Shown here in pieces: positions 29,669-39,259 of a stretch of DNA of 49,805 nucleotides. Origin of the DNA: Burkholderiales bacterium (GTDB lineage: Bacteria > Pseudomonadota > Gammaproteobacteria > Burkholderiales > JAEUOS01); assembly GCA_947456845.1 (NCBI GenBank), contig CANGUJ010000001.1:1-49805 (forward strand), read 5' to 3'. The notes under the pieces are model-generated. The model was given only the letters and a program-made list of their open reading frames with translations, did no database searches and had not been told where the DNA came from. The position numbers and the translations under genes were made by a program. Each line of letters opens with the position of its first letter. Position 1 is the first letter of the stretch.

Positions 29669-29697
29669 CTTGAAAAATTCCGCCGTGGGCCCACCTT
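29669..29697 (+). promoter_or_regulatory. candidate RpoH (sigma32) heat-shock promoter upstream of hsp20
   Basis: CCCCTTGAAAA (CTTGAA at 29669-29674), a 15-nt spacer, then CCCACCTT (29690-29697). Compare the consensus CTTGAAA-N13-15-CCCCATNT. It lies about 55 nt upstream of the hsp20 ATG. Confidence 0.4.
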
Positions 29698-29750
29698 CGA
29701 CTGCATCGCGGAGCCAACCGCCAACCCATTTCGACGACGGAGAAACGACC

Positions 29751-30179
29751 ATGAACATGCTCTATTCCTATGCGCGCCGCAGTCCCATCGAGACCGCCTT
29801 CGGCGAACTCCTTGGTGCATTGGCGCAGCGCCCGGCGCGACCTGCGGCGAATGTCCGGGCGATTCCGTTCGAAGTCACCGAGCAGGGCGCAAGCTATGTG
29901 GTGGCGGCGGACCTGCCCGGGTTTCGCAAGGAAGACATCGCGGTCGAAATCGACGGCGCACGCGTGACCATCACCGCGGAAGCGAAGGGCGAGCGCGCTC
30001 CCTCGGAAGGCGATCGTATTTTGTATACGGAGCGCCACGCGGGCCGCGCGGTACGCAGCTTCGAACTCGGCGTCGATATCGATCAGGACCGTGCGCTGGC
30101 CAAGTATGTGGATGGCGTGCTCACGCTCACGCTGCCGAAAAAAGTTGTCGAAACCCGGAAACTTTTGGCGGTGCAGTAG
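29751..30179 (+). CDS. Hsp20/alpha-crystallin family small heat-shock protein
   Basis: 142 aa from MNMLYSY with an alpha-crystallin domain (YVVAADLPGFRKEDIAVEIDGARVTITAE...RSFELGVDIDQD...AKYVDGVLTLTLPKK). Confidence 0.88.
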   Translation: MNMLYSYARRSPIETAFGELLGALAQRPARPAANVRAIPFEVTEQGASYVVAADLPGFRKEDIAVEIDGARVTITAEAKGERAPSEGDRILYTERHAGRAVRSFELGVDIDQDRALAKYVDGVLTLTLPKKVVETRKLLAVQ

Positions 30180-30235
30180 CTCAAAGCTGTATCTGCTTTT
30201 ACGGGCAGTGCGCTGGCGGTGGCTCCTTCCCCTGA

Positions 30236-31483
<1,248 letters not shown>

Positions 31484-31517
31484 CCCGCGCGGCGCGCCGG
31501 GCGCCCTGCGGCCGGCC

Positions 31518-32000
31518 TCAGAGCAGCCTGGCGATGTCGCGGATGTCTTCCTCGAACATTTCGCCCAGGTCGATCCGGGCGACGCGGCTGTCGCGCCCGA
31601 TCACATAGACCTGGGGCAAGCCGCGCCGCAGGCGGTAGATGCGTTCATAGGCCGGGTTGAGCATGCCGGCGCGGAAACTGTAACCCTTGGCGCGCATGTA
31701 GTCCGCGGCGGCCTTGGCGGACTTGTCGATCGATACGGCCAGTATCTCGAGGCCGCGCGCCTGGTGCGCGCGGTGCAGGGCTTCCATATGCGGATTCTGC
31801 TTGGCGCAGAACGGGCACCAGGTGGCCCAGAACTCCAGCATGACCACCTTACCCTTGAGCACCGCTGGATCGAACGCGCTGCCGTCGAGCAAGGCGAGCG
31901 GCGGCAGGTGCACCACCTCGCCCTGGTCCCATGCGGCTGCCGCGGGACCGGCCAGCAGGGTGGCGGAGGCGGTGGCGAGGAACTGGCGGCGGCTGGTCAT
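31518..32000 (-). CDS. periplasmic TlpA/SoxW-like thioredoxin-fold thiol:disulfide oxidoreductase
   Basis: Start at MTSRRQFLATASA (twin-arginine-like signal), 4 nt after the GlcG-like stop. Redox motif WATWCPFC. Confidence 0.8.
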   Translation of the reverse strand: MTSRRQFLATASATLLAGPAAAAWDQGEVVHLPPLALLDGSAFDPAVLKGKVVMLEFWATWCPFCAKQNPHMEALHRAHQARGLEILAVSIDKSAKAAADYMRAKGYSFRAGMLNPAYERIYRLRRGLPQVYVIGRDSRVARIDLGEMFEEDIRDIARLL

Positions 32001-32004
32001 GGGA

Positions 32005-32508
32005 TCACTGGAACTCGATGGCGTCTGCAATGGCCTTGATGCCGGCCTGGGCGCAGGCTTCGTCGGCATCGCCGCCCGGCGCGCCGGAGACGCCGATCCC
32101 CCCCAGAACGGCGCCCCCCGCCTCGATCGGCAGCCCGCCGCCGAACGCCGCTACGCGCGGCGTGGCGCGCAGTCCGCTCATCGGTTTGCCCGCCTGGGTT
32201 TCCGCTGCCAATGCGCCGGTGCCGATGCGAAAGCTCGCCGCCGTCCACGCCTTGTTGGTCGCCACATCGACCGTGTGCGCGCCGCCGAAGCGGTCGCGCA
32301 GCAGTACCTGCAGCGTTCCGGCGCGATCCACCACGGCCACCGCCACCTGGTAGCCGCCCTTGCGGCAATGCTCGAGCGCCGCGCGCGCAGCGGTCAACGC
32401 GGTCTCCGGGGTCAACTGCCGCGTGTTGAAGGTCGCTGCCGGCTGCGCGTGGGCGCCTGCGGCGAGGACGCAGGGCAGCAGGGCGCGGAGGATTGTCGTC
32501 GGTGTCAT
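32005..32508 (-). CDS. GlcG/HbpS-like (DUF336) putative haem-binding protein, secreted
   Basis: 167 aa with a signal peptide (LLPCVLAAGAHAQP). DUF336 signature VAVAVVDRAG...A.TA..F....GGLPI...GAVLGGIGVSGAPGGDADEACA. Its ATG overlaps the soxB stop (ATGA). Confidence 0.75.
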   Translation of the reverse strand: MTPTTILRALLPCVLAAGAHAQPAATFNTRQLTPETALTAARAALEHCRKGGYQVAVAVVDRAGTLQVLLRDRFGGAHTVDVATNKAWTAASFRIGTGALAAETQAGKPMSGLRATPRVAAFGGGLPIEAGGAVLGGIGVSGAPGGDADEACAQAGIKAIADAIEFQ

Positions 32509-34250
32509 CGTGCCATTCCCGGGTTGCCTTTCACGCCTGTCAGGCGCGGCAGGTTCAGCTTGACCGGCCGGACCACTTTTTTGGCGCGCAGGTAGCCGGC
32601 GACGACGTCCCAGACCGGCTCGCCGGCGGCGCCCTCGGCGACCGGCGCCCAGCCCGCCACCTTGTACTTCCTGTCCGCCTCGATCGGCTTGCCGGCCAGG
32701 CGCATGTCGGAAATCCGCCCGCCCATCTTCGCCGCCGGATCACAGGCATAGGTCATGCCGCCTACCCGGACCATGTCGCCGCCTTGCTGGTAGTAGGGAT
32801 CGGGATTGAACAGGTTGTCCGCCACGTCCTCGAGGATGGTCTTGATCTGCGCGCCGGTGAATTCGTTCTGAGTGACGTGCGGATAGGTGATCGCCGTCTG
32901 GTCCATCAGGTGGTCCATGGTGATCGCCTGGCCGGGCAGCAGACTGGTGCCCCAACGGAACCCGGGCGAGAAAGCGATCTGCGCGCCCTTGACCTCCATG
33001 AGCGCATCGAGGATCACCTGGTCGAGGGTGCCGTTGAAGTTGCCGCGTCGGTACAACAGGCCCTCGGTGATGGCGAGCTTCTCGCCCAGCTTTTCCTTGT
33101 GGGGCGCACGCACACGCTCGATCAGCGCCTGCATCTCGGCGTCGGCCTTGAGGTAATTGGCGAATACCGGCAGCAGGCGGTAGCGGAAGCCGGCGACCCG
33201 ACGGTCCCGCACCTCCAGGTCGAGCACGCCCAGGAACTTGGCGTTGCTGCCGGCGTTGGTCACCAGCGTCTGGCCGCCGGGGTTGTTCACGATCAACGGT
33301 TGCGGCATGCCGTCATGGGTATGGCCACCGAGAATGGCGTCGATGCCTGCGATCCGCGAGGCCATCTTCAGGTCCACGTCCATGCCGTTGTGAGAGAGCA
33401 GGATCACCGCGGCCGCACCCTTGGCGCGCGCCTCGTTGACGGTTTTCTGCAGGTTCTCCTCCTGGATGCCGAAGTTCCACTCGGCCACCATGTGGCGCGG
33501 ATTGGCGATGGGTGTGTACGGAAAGGCCTGGCCGATGATCGCCACCGGCACGCCGTTCATCTCCTTCATCACCCACGCCGGGAACACCGGGTCGCCGAAG
33601 TCCGCGGTGCGGATGTTCTGCGCCACGAAATCGACCTTGCCCTTGAAGTCTTGCGCGACCACCTCCTCGACGCGCCTGGCCCCGAGAGTGAATTCCCAGT
33701 GGCCGGTCATGACATCGACGCCCAGAAGCTTGCAGGCGTCGATCATGTCCTGGCCGCGCGTCCACAGCGCCGTAGCCGAGCCCTGCCAGGTGTCGCCGCC
33801 GTCGAGCAGCAGGGCGCCGGGCCGGTCGGCGCGCAGCATCTTGACCAGCGTGGCCAGGTGGGCGAACCCGCCGGTCTTGCCATAGAGCTCCGCCGCGCGG
33901 GCGAAGTCGAGGTGGGTGAGGGCATGTGCGGTCGCCCCGGCGAGGTCGCGGACATCGCCCCGCGGGGCCATGGCCGGGCGGAGTTTGAAGTAATTGAGGA
34001 GCGCATCGCCGACCAGATGCGGCGGGCGACCGAGGGCGTCGCCGATGCCGAGATTGACATCCGGTTCGCGGAAATACACCGGCAGCAGTTGCGCATGGCA
34101 GTCGGTGAAGTGCAGCAGATGCACGTTTCCGGACGCCCTGAGGTCATACAAGCCGCCCCCGGGGCCGGCCGCCCGGGCGTCGCGGCCGCCCAGGACCATG
34201 CCGCTTGCCGACGCGGCGGCGATGGCGTTGAGGAATTCGCGACGGTTCAT
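32505..34250 (-). CDS. soxB: thiosulfohydrolase SoxB
   Basis: 581 aa with a Tat signal (NRREFLNAIAAA). Dimanganese metallophosphoesterase motifs HFTDCHAQ, GGDTWQGS and GHWEF, plus a 5'-nucleotidase-like C-terminal domain. Confidence 0.95.
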   Translation of the reverse strand: MNRREFLNAIAAASASGMVLGGRDARAAGPGGGLYDLRASGNVHLLHFTDCHAQLLPVYFREPDVNLGIGDALGRPPHLVGDALLNYFKLRPAMAPRGDVRDLAGATAHALTHLDFARAAELYGKTGGFAHLATLVKMLRADRPGALLLDGGDTWQGSATALWTRGQDMIDACKLLGVDVMTGHWEFTLGARRVEEVVAQDFKGKVDFVAQNIRTADFGDPVFPAWVMKEMNGVPVAIIGQAFPYTPIANPRHMVAEWNFGIQEENLQKTVNEARAKGAAAVILLSHNGMDVDLKMASRIAGIDAILGGHTHDGMPQPLIVNNPGGQTLVTNAGSNAKFLGVLDLEVRDRRVAGFRYRLLPVFANYLKADAEMQALIERVRAPHKEKLGEKLAITEGLLYRRGNFNGTLDQVILDALMEVKGAQIAFSPGFRWGTSLLPGQAITMDHLMDQTAITYPHVTQNEFTGAQIKTILEDVADNLFNPDPYYQQGGDMVRVGGMTYACDPAAKMGGRISDMRLAGKPIEADRKYKVAGWAPVAEGAAGEPVWDVVAGYLRAKKVVRPVKLNLPRLTGVKGNPGMAR

Positions 34251-34304
34251 CGGGTGCCCTTGAGCAGGCCTGGCGTTGCGCGCGGCGCAGGCGCGTGGCC
34301 CGGG

Positions 34305-34925
34305 CTATTGATTGACGGGCGACGCCGGGTCCAGCAGCAGCGCGGTGAGGTGCTTGATCTGCTGCTCGGTCAGGATGCTGTTGTGGCCGAAGCGCGGCAT
34401 GTTCGAGCAGGCTGTGAACGCCTGCGGGTTGTAGATCTTGCCGTAGGTGTAGCGCTGCATGGCTTCCGAGTTGCCGCGCAGCTTGCCGTAATTGAGCAAA
34501 GGCGGGCCGATGGTGCCGAAGGAGATTTCCTCGCGGGTGATCTGGTGGCAGGCATAGCAGTTGCCGCCCGCGGGGCTGGCCGGATTGTCGGAGAACTGCT
34601 TGCCCACGCCGGACTGGGCGATCTTTTCGCCCTCCCGCCAATCGCCCAGCAGTTTGCCGTCCGCGGGGTACCTGATCAGCGCCTGCTGCGCCTTTTCCAT
34701 GCGTTCCAGTTCCGCCACCGGAGGCTTCTTGTCCGGCGCAGCGCTGCATGCAGCCTGCGGCTGATCCTGGTCGAGGCGGTCAAGCTTGGCCTGGCCGCGT
34801 TCCTTGAACGAAGCGCGCAGGACATCGGCGGCCTGGCGCGACAAGTCGGCGTCCGACACGGTCGCGCACCCCGCTGCTGCCGCGACGGCGAGCATGCCGG
34901 ACAAGGCCCGGTAAATCGATTTCAT
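34305..34925 (-). CDS. soxX: cytochrome c SoxX
   Basis: 206 aa with a signal peptide ending AAAGC and the haem motif CYACH, followed by SoxX-typical FGTIGPPL and NMPRFG. Confidence 0.9.
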   Translation of the reverse strand: MKSIYRALSGMLAVAAAAGCATVSDADLSRQAADVLRASFKERGQAKLDRLDQDQPQAACSAAPDKKPPVAELERMEKAQQALIRYPADGKLLGDWREGEKIAQSGVGKQFSDNPASPAGGNCYACHQITREEISFGTIGPPLLNYGKLRGNSEAMQRYTYGKIYNPQAFTACSNMPRFGHNSILTEQQIKHLTALLLDPASPVNQ

Positions 34926-34949
34926 GTGGACTCCTTGGCCGGGGCCATA

Positions 34950-35768
34950 TCAGCGCTTGATGGCCGGCGCGTTGAACTCGGCGCCGTTGGCGTTGCGCGC
35001 CAGGAAAGTGGTGAGTGCGATCGACGCGTCGGATGCGAACTCGAGTTCCGGAAAGCGCTGCTGCCGGAAACAATCGAACAGGCGCCACTGGAACGTGCGC
35101 AGTTCGCCTTGCGAGACGCGATAAGCGGGCCAGGTGGTATAGGCGCGCTGCGCGTCCTTGGCCTCGGTCAGGTTCGGCAGGTCCTGCAGGCGGATGCGTT
35201 TGCCGGATTCGGAATGACAGGTCGCGCATGAAAAGTCGTGCGGACCGCCGCGGAAGAAGAACATCTTCCTGCCCAAGGCATAGGCCTCGCGTTCCTTGGG
35301 ATGGTTCTGCGGGACGTTCATCTTCACGCCCTTCGACTCCGCCGTGACGTAGGCCACCAGGGCCTCGTTGTCGGCCCGGTCGGTGCCGTTGCCGAACGGC
35401 TTCGTGCGCGCCTCGGCCGCGGAGAGGCCTTGCAGGGTCACGCGGCAGTGCGCGAGCCGGGTTTCCAGGTCCATCACCCGCCCGGCGTCGGCGAAGTAGC
35501 GCGGCAGTTCCGCGTAGGCGCCGGCAACCACGCCCGGTCCGCGCCCGAGATCGCAGGCCTCCAAGGATGCGTTTTTCGGGCCGGCCCGTTTTTTCCACAG
35601 GTCCTCGCCGCGCGCCTCCCAGAGGTCGGCCGGGTTGCCGCCGGCCAAGGCCTGGCGATATTCCTCGATCTTCCTGATCGTGTCGTCACCGGATTGCGCG
35701 GCGGCGCCCTGCTGGAACAGGCAGGCGGCGGCGAGCGTCGACAGGGTTCGCTTCAAAGCGGATTTCAT
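34950..35768 (-). CDS. soxA: cytochrome c SoxA (single CXXCH form)
   Basis: 272 aa from MKSALKRTL (35768), with haem motif CATCH and the conserved Cys in WRLFDCFRQQR. Confidence 0.9.
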   Translation of the reverse strand: MKSALKRTLSTLAAACLFQQGAAAQSGDDTIRKIEEYRQALAGGNPADLWEARGEDLWKKRAGPKNASLEACDLGRGPGVVAGAYAELPRYFADAGRVMDLETRLAHCRVTLQGLSAAEARTKPFGNGTDRADNEALVAYVTAESKGVKMNVPQNHPKEREAYALGRKMFFFRGGPHDFSCATCHSESGKRIRLQDLPNLTEAKDAQRAYTTWPAYRVSQGELRTFQWRLFDCFRQQRFPELEFASDASIALTTFLARNANGAEFNAPAIKR

Positions 35769-35842
35769 GCGCGTCTCCTCGCTTGGCAACCGCCGGTGCG
35801 GTGTGCCCGGGGCCGGCCTCTGGCGGGCCGGTACCCCCTTAC

Positions 35843-36157
35843 TCATGCTGCGACAGTTGCCTCGTCGGTGCGTTTGTCGCCCTTGTTGTCCACCCAGGTG
35901 ATGACGACCTTGTCCCCGGCCTTGGCGCCGCCGAACTGGAACTGCAGGTAGGGGTTCTTCGAAACGGCGGGGCCCCATTGCGCCGACAGGACGGTTTTGC
36001 CGTTGTGGGTGGCGGTGACTTCCTGGATGAAATGTGCCGGGACGACCTTGCCGGTCGAGTCGCGGCGTTGGCCGGTTTCCATCTCGTGGGCCATCAGTAC
36101 GCGGACGATGGTTTTTTCGCCTTCGATCTTGGCGCGGATGCGCATCGGGTCTGCCAT
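35843..36157 (-). CDS. soxZ: thiosulfate oxidation carrier complex protein SoxZ
   Basis: 104 aa from MADPMRIRAK, with AGGAGA upstream. SoxZ signature VRVLMAHEMETGQRRD...HFI. Confidence 0.9.
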   Translation of the reverse strand: MADPMRIRAKIEGEKTIVRVLMAHEMETGQRRDSTGKVVPAHFIQEVTATHNGKTVLSAQWGPAVSKNPYLQFQFGGAKAGDKVVITWVDNKGDKRTDEATVAA

Positions 36158-36203
36158 TGCTGTTCTCCTGATCTTGTGAGCGGGGACGGCGATTGCCCTG
36201 TGC

Positions 36204-36683
36204 TCAGCCGCCGCAGCCGCCCAGGGTGACCTTGATCTCGCGCGTGGCGACGAAGTACCTGCCGTCCGCCCGGATGAGCGCGTGCACCTGCGAGGTTTCA
36301 CCCATCTTTACCCGGGTGCTGACGCTGGGATCGGTGCCCGTCGGGATGTTGAACAAGGCGGCCAGCGTATTGGGGTTCTTGTCGATCAGGATGGCGATCG
36401 ACTCGGTCTTGGGGATGTTGCTGGTCACGCTGACAGGCACGACTGCGCCATTTTCCGCGATCTCGGGGGTCGACCCCCAGTTGATGTCCTTGGTGGCCGC
36501 CGTTCCCGCGCCTCCCAGGCTCTTGACAACGCTGTCGACGCCCTTGACCGAAAACGCGGCCTGGTTCCACGCGGCGTGCGCCGCGCCAGGACGGATCAGG
36601 CCAGCAGCCACGAACATGCCGAAAATCGCCGACGCCGAACCCTGCTTGAGCGCCTGGCGCCGCGCTGCATTGATTTCATCCAT
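36204..36683 (-). CDS. soxY: thiosulfate oxidation carrier protein SoxY
   Basis: 159 aa with a Tat-like signal (ARRQAL) and the diagnostic C-terminal VTLGGCGG swinging-arm cysteine. Confidence 0.93.
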   Translation of the reverse strand: MDEINAARRQALKQGSASAIFGMFVAAGLIRPGAAHAAWNQAAFSVKGVDSVVKSLGGAGTAATKDINWGSTPEIAENGAVVPVSVTSNIPKTESIAILIDKNPNTLAALFNIPTGTDPSVSTRVKMGETSQVHALIRADGRYFVATREIKVTLGGCGG

Positions 36684-36753
36684 GTGCTTCTCCAGATTGA
36701 CGGCGGTATTGGATATCGACTAATGATTTTACCGGTTGCGCCGCCGCTCGGCG

Positions 36754-37800
36754 CTATTCGGGCGTTCCCTTGAGAATCCAGCGCGCCAGCAGCAGCGCGT
36801 CGGCCTCGTTGAGGCCTGCGGAGGCGGGCATGGGGATATCTCCCCATACGCCGGCGCCACCGTCGCGGATTTTCTGCGCGAGATAGGTTTCGGCGCGCTC
36901 GCTGGACCGGTACTTTTCGGCCACCTGGCTGAATCCTGGACCGACGAGCTTGCGGTCGAGGCCGTGGCAGCCCAGGCATGCCGAGCGCGCCGTGAGGGAC
37001 TTGACGGCGGCGAACTCGCCGGCTGGGTTGTCCTCGCTGCGCTGCGGGCCGGTCTTCTGGCCGCGGGCGGCGCCAAGGTTGCGCGTCTGCTCGTGCAGGT
37101 TGCCATGCGAGCCGCGCGCATGGTCCGGCAGGCTGGAGGCCACCCTGGGCGAGTCGGCGCAGTTGCGCATGCACGCGGTGTTGCGTACATCGGGCCTGCC
37201 GGTCGGTAGCCAAAGGCCATGGGCGGTCGACTTGCCGTTGCGGTTCGGCAGCATGGCCTGCACCGACCTGATGTTGGCGTCCGAGAGCGTGAAGTCGGCG
37301 GGCAGGACGTCGGCCAAGTTGAGGATGTAGGCCGTCACCGCATATACCTCGTCGGCGCTCAGGGTGCGGGGATTGTTCCATGGCATCGCGCGGTGGATGT
37401 AATCCCACAGCGTAGAGAGGGTGGACAGCTTCATCATGGTGCTACGCTGCGACTCCGTGCCTTTGGCAAGCGCCTCGACGCGGCCGCTCTGCATGTCCTT
37501 TTTCGTGGTGCCGCCGATCACCGGCGGAAACACCTCGTTGGATTCGCCGAACACGCCATGGCAGGACGCGCACTTGGCTTCCCAGATGTCCTGGCCCCTG
37601 GCGACACTGCCGGAACCCGCGGGCAGGCCCTTGAAGTCGGGGCGCACGTCTATATCCCATGCGCGCAGTTCGTCCTGGGTGGCGGCGCGCCCGATGCCGC
37701 TCCAGGTCGCCGGCTTGCCCTGCGCCGCAACGTAGGCGCAGGCAAGCAGCGCGGGCAGCGCGAGCAGCGTCGACCAGCGGGCCGCCCTAGACCTGGACAT
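36754..37800 (-). CDS. soxD: dihaem cytochrome c SoxD
   Basis: 348 aa from MSRSRAARWSTLL (37800) with two haem motifs, CASCH and CLGCH. It overlaps the soxC 3' end by 14 nt. Confidence 0.8.
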   Translation of the reverse strand: MSRSRAARWSTLLALPALLACAYVAAQGKPATWSGIGRAATQDELRAWDIDVRPDFKGLPAGSGSVARGQDIWEAKCASCHGVFGESNEVFPPVIGGTTKKDMQSGRVEALAKGTESQRSTMMKLSTLSTLWDYIHRAMPWNNPRTLSADEVYAVTAYILNLADVLPADFTLSDANIRSVQAMLPNRNGKSTAHGLWLPTGRPDVRNTACMRNCADSPRVASSLPDHARGSHGNLHEQTRNLGAARGQKTGPQRSEDNPAGEFAAVKSLTARSACLGCHGLDRKLVGPGFSQVAEKYRSSERAETYLAQKIRDGGAGVWGDIPMPASAGLNEADALLLARWILKGTPE

Positions 37801-39145
37801 TGCTGACCTCGCCGGACGCCGCGATTTTCCAGGACTGAATGGCGTTGTTGTGATAGATCGAGCGGGTGCCGCGCACGGCGCGCAGTTGGCGCATCTGCGG
37901 CTGCACATAGCCGGTTTCGTCGATGGCGCGGCTCTGCAGGACGGCAGGCTCGCCGTTCCAGCGCCAGGCGAGGGAGAAGCGCGTCAGGCATTTCGACAGG
38001 ATGGGCGTCTCGAGGCGCGCGGTCTGCCAGTTCCGGCCGCCATCGAAGCTCACATCCACGCGCCGCACCTTGCCGCGCCCGCTCCATGCCAGCCCGGTCA
38101 CGTTGATGGTGCCGCGGTCGAGCAGGGTCTGCCCGCCCGAAGGGGTGGTGATGACCGACTTGCATTCCTGGATCGAGGTGTATTGCCGGTGCCTTCCGTC
38201 GGGCATCATGTCGACGTAGTGCAGCACCTCTTCGCGTGTGCCGTAGGGGGCGTCGCCGACCTCGATGCGCCGCAGCCATTTGACCCAGGAAACCCCCTGC
38301 ACGCCGGGAACCACCAGGCGCAGCGGATAGCCATTCTCGGGGCGCAGCATCTCCCCGTTCATGCCGTAACACAGCAGGACTTCGCCGGACTCCACCAGTT
38401 CCATCGGGATGGTGCGGGTCAGCCCCGACCCATCGCCGCCCTCGGCCAGGACATAGCGGCCCCGTTTCGTGTCGGCGCCGCAGAATGCGAGCACATCGCG
38501 CAGCGGCACGCCGGTGAACTCGCTGCAGGACAACATGCCGTGGGTGTATTGCACGGTCGGCACGGCGACGTTGCCCCATTCCATGCCGGTGTTCGCGCCG
38601 CACTCGATGAAATGCATGCGCGATACCGGAGGCATGCGCAGCAGGTCATCGATGGTGAACACCGAGGGGCGCTTGAGGAGCTTCTCGTCCGCGCCGTTGA
38701 CCATCAGGCGGTGTTTCGAGGGATCGAGGTCGTGCCAGCCCTGGTGGTGGCGTTCGAAATGCAGCCCCGAGGCGGTGATGATGCCGAACATGCCCTGCAG
38801 CGGCGAGAACGAGACCGAGGCCGCGGCCACCCGCGTCAGCCCCGGCGACTCGCGTCGTATCAGGTTGCGCTCGTAGCGGGAGGGCTGGCCGTACCCGTTA
38901 GTGGCGACCGGCTGCCCGAGGGATGTCGCATGCGGCTGCGGCTCGGTGATCAGGCGTTCCCCCGCATTTTGGGCTAGCGCGGCGGTGGCTCCGGTGACGA
39001 CGGCCCCCGTGCCGGCCGCCGCCAGCAAGGCACCGCGCAGGAAGTCGCGTCGCCCCGACGCAACGGCCCGTATCTGGGCGGCGTCAAGAAAGCTTTCCGG
39101 CGCCCTGCGCAGGCGGCCGGTCATGTGCGGCGAGATCGGGTCCAT
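37787..39145 (-). CDS. soxC: molybdopterin sulfane dehydrogenase SoxC (sulfite-oxidase family)
   Basis: 452 aa with a Tat signal (SGRRDFLRGALL), a Mo-cofactor cysteine region (HFIECGANT), and the GYPLRLVVPG motif with a dimerisation domain. An alternative start exists at 39124. Confidence 0.9.
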   Translation of the reverse strand: MDPISPHMTGRLRRAPESFLDAAQIRAVASGRRDFLRGALLAAAGTGAVVTGATAALAQNAGERLITEPQPHATSLGQPVATNGYGQPSRYERNLIRRESPGLTRVAAASVSFSPLQGMFGIITASGLHFERHHQGWHDLDPSKHRLMVNGADEKLLKRPSVFTIDDLLRMPPVSRMHFIECGANTGMEWGNVAVPTVQYTHGMLSCSEFTGVPLRDVLAFCGADTKRGRYVLAEGGDGSGLTRTIPMELVESGEVLLCYGMNGEMLRPENGYPLRLVVPGVQGVSWVKWLRRIEVGDAPYGTREEVLHYVDMMPDGRHRQYTSIQECKSVITTPSGGQTLLDRGTINVTGLAWSGRGKVRRVDVSFDGGRNWQTARLETPILSKCLTRFSLAWRWNGEPAVLQSRAIDETGYVQPQMRQLRAVRGTRSIYHNNAIQSWKIAASGEVSNVQV

Positions 39146-39259
39146 GGGGTCGGGTGTTGCGTGGGGCCGGCCAAACTTCAGAATATAAGCAAATACTAAT
39201 TCGTAATGATGCCCTGGTCATGTTGCGGCGCCACATGGGAGACATGAAGGTCGGCGCGT

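Noticed and set aside
29506-29750. Possible cobalamin riboswitch upstream of the CWC-cobT-MFS operon
   Set aside because: Reading the minus strand, I could not find the conserved B12 box (AGYCMGGAGACCKGCC-like) or the GGTG.AA..CC / GCCACTG core in the proper order. Only a loose CCACTGG is present. The region also has to accommodate the divergent hsp20 promoter. A covariance-model scan would be decisive.
32493-35231. 912-aa plus-strand ORF across soxB, soxX and soxA
   Set aside because: It is antisense to three unambiguous sox genes with diagnostic motifs. It has no recognisable domain and a shadow-frame composition.
36754-37800. SoxD second haem domain as an unusual fusion
   Set aside because: As far as I recall, SoxD of the reference Sox system is itself a dihaem cytochrome of similar length. 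Two CXXCH motifs are therefore expected rather than novel.
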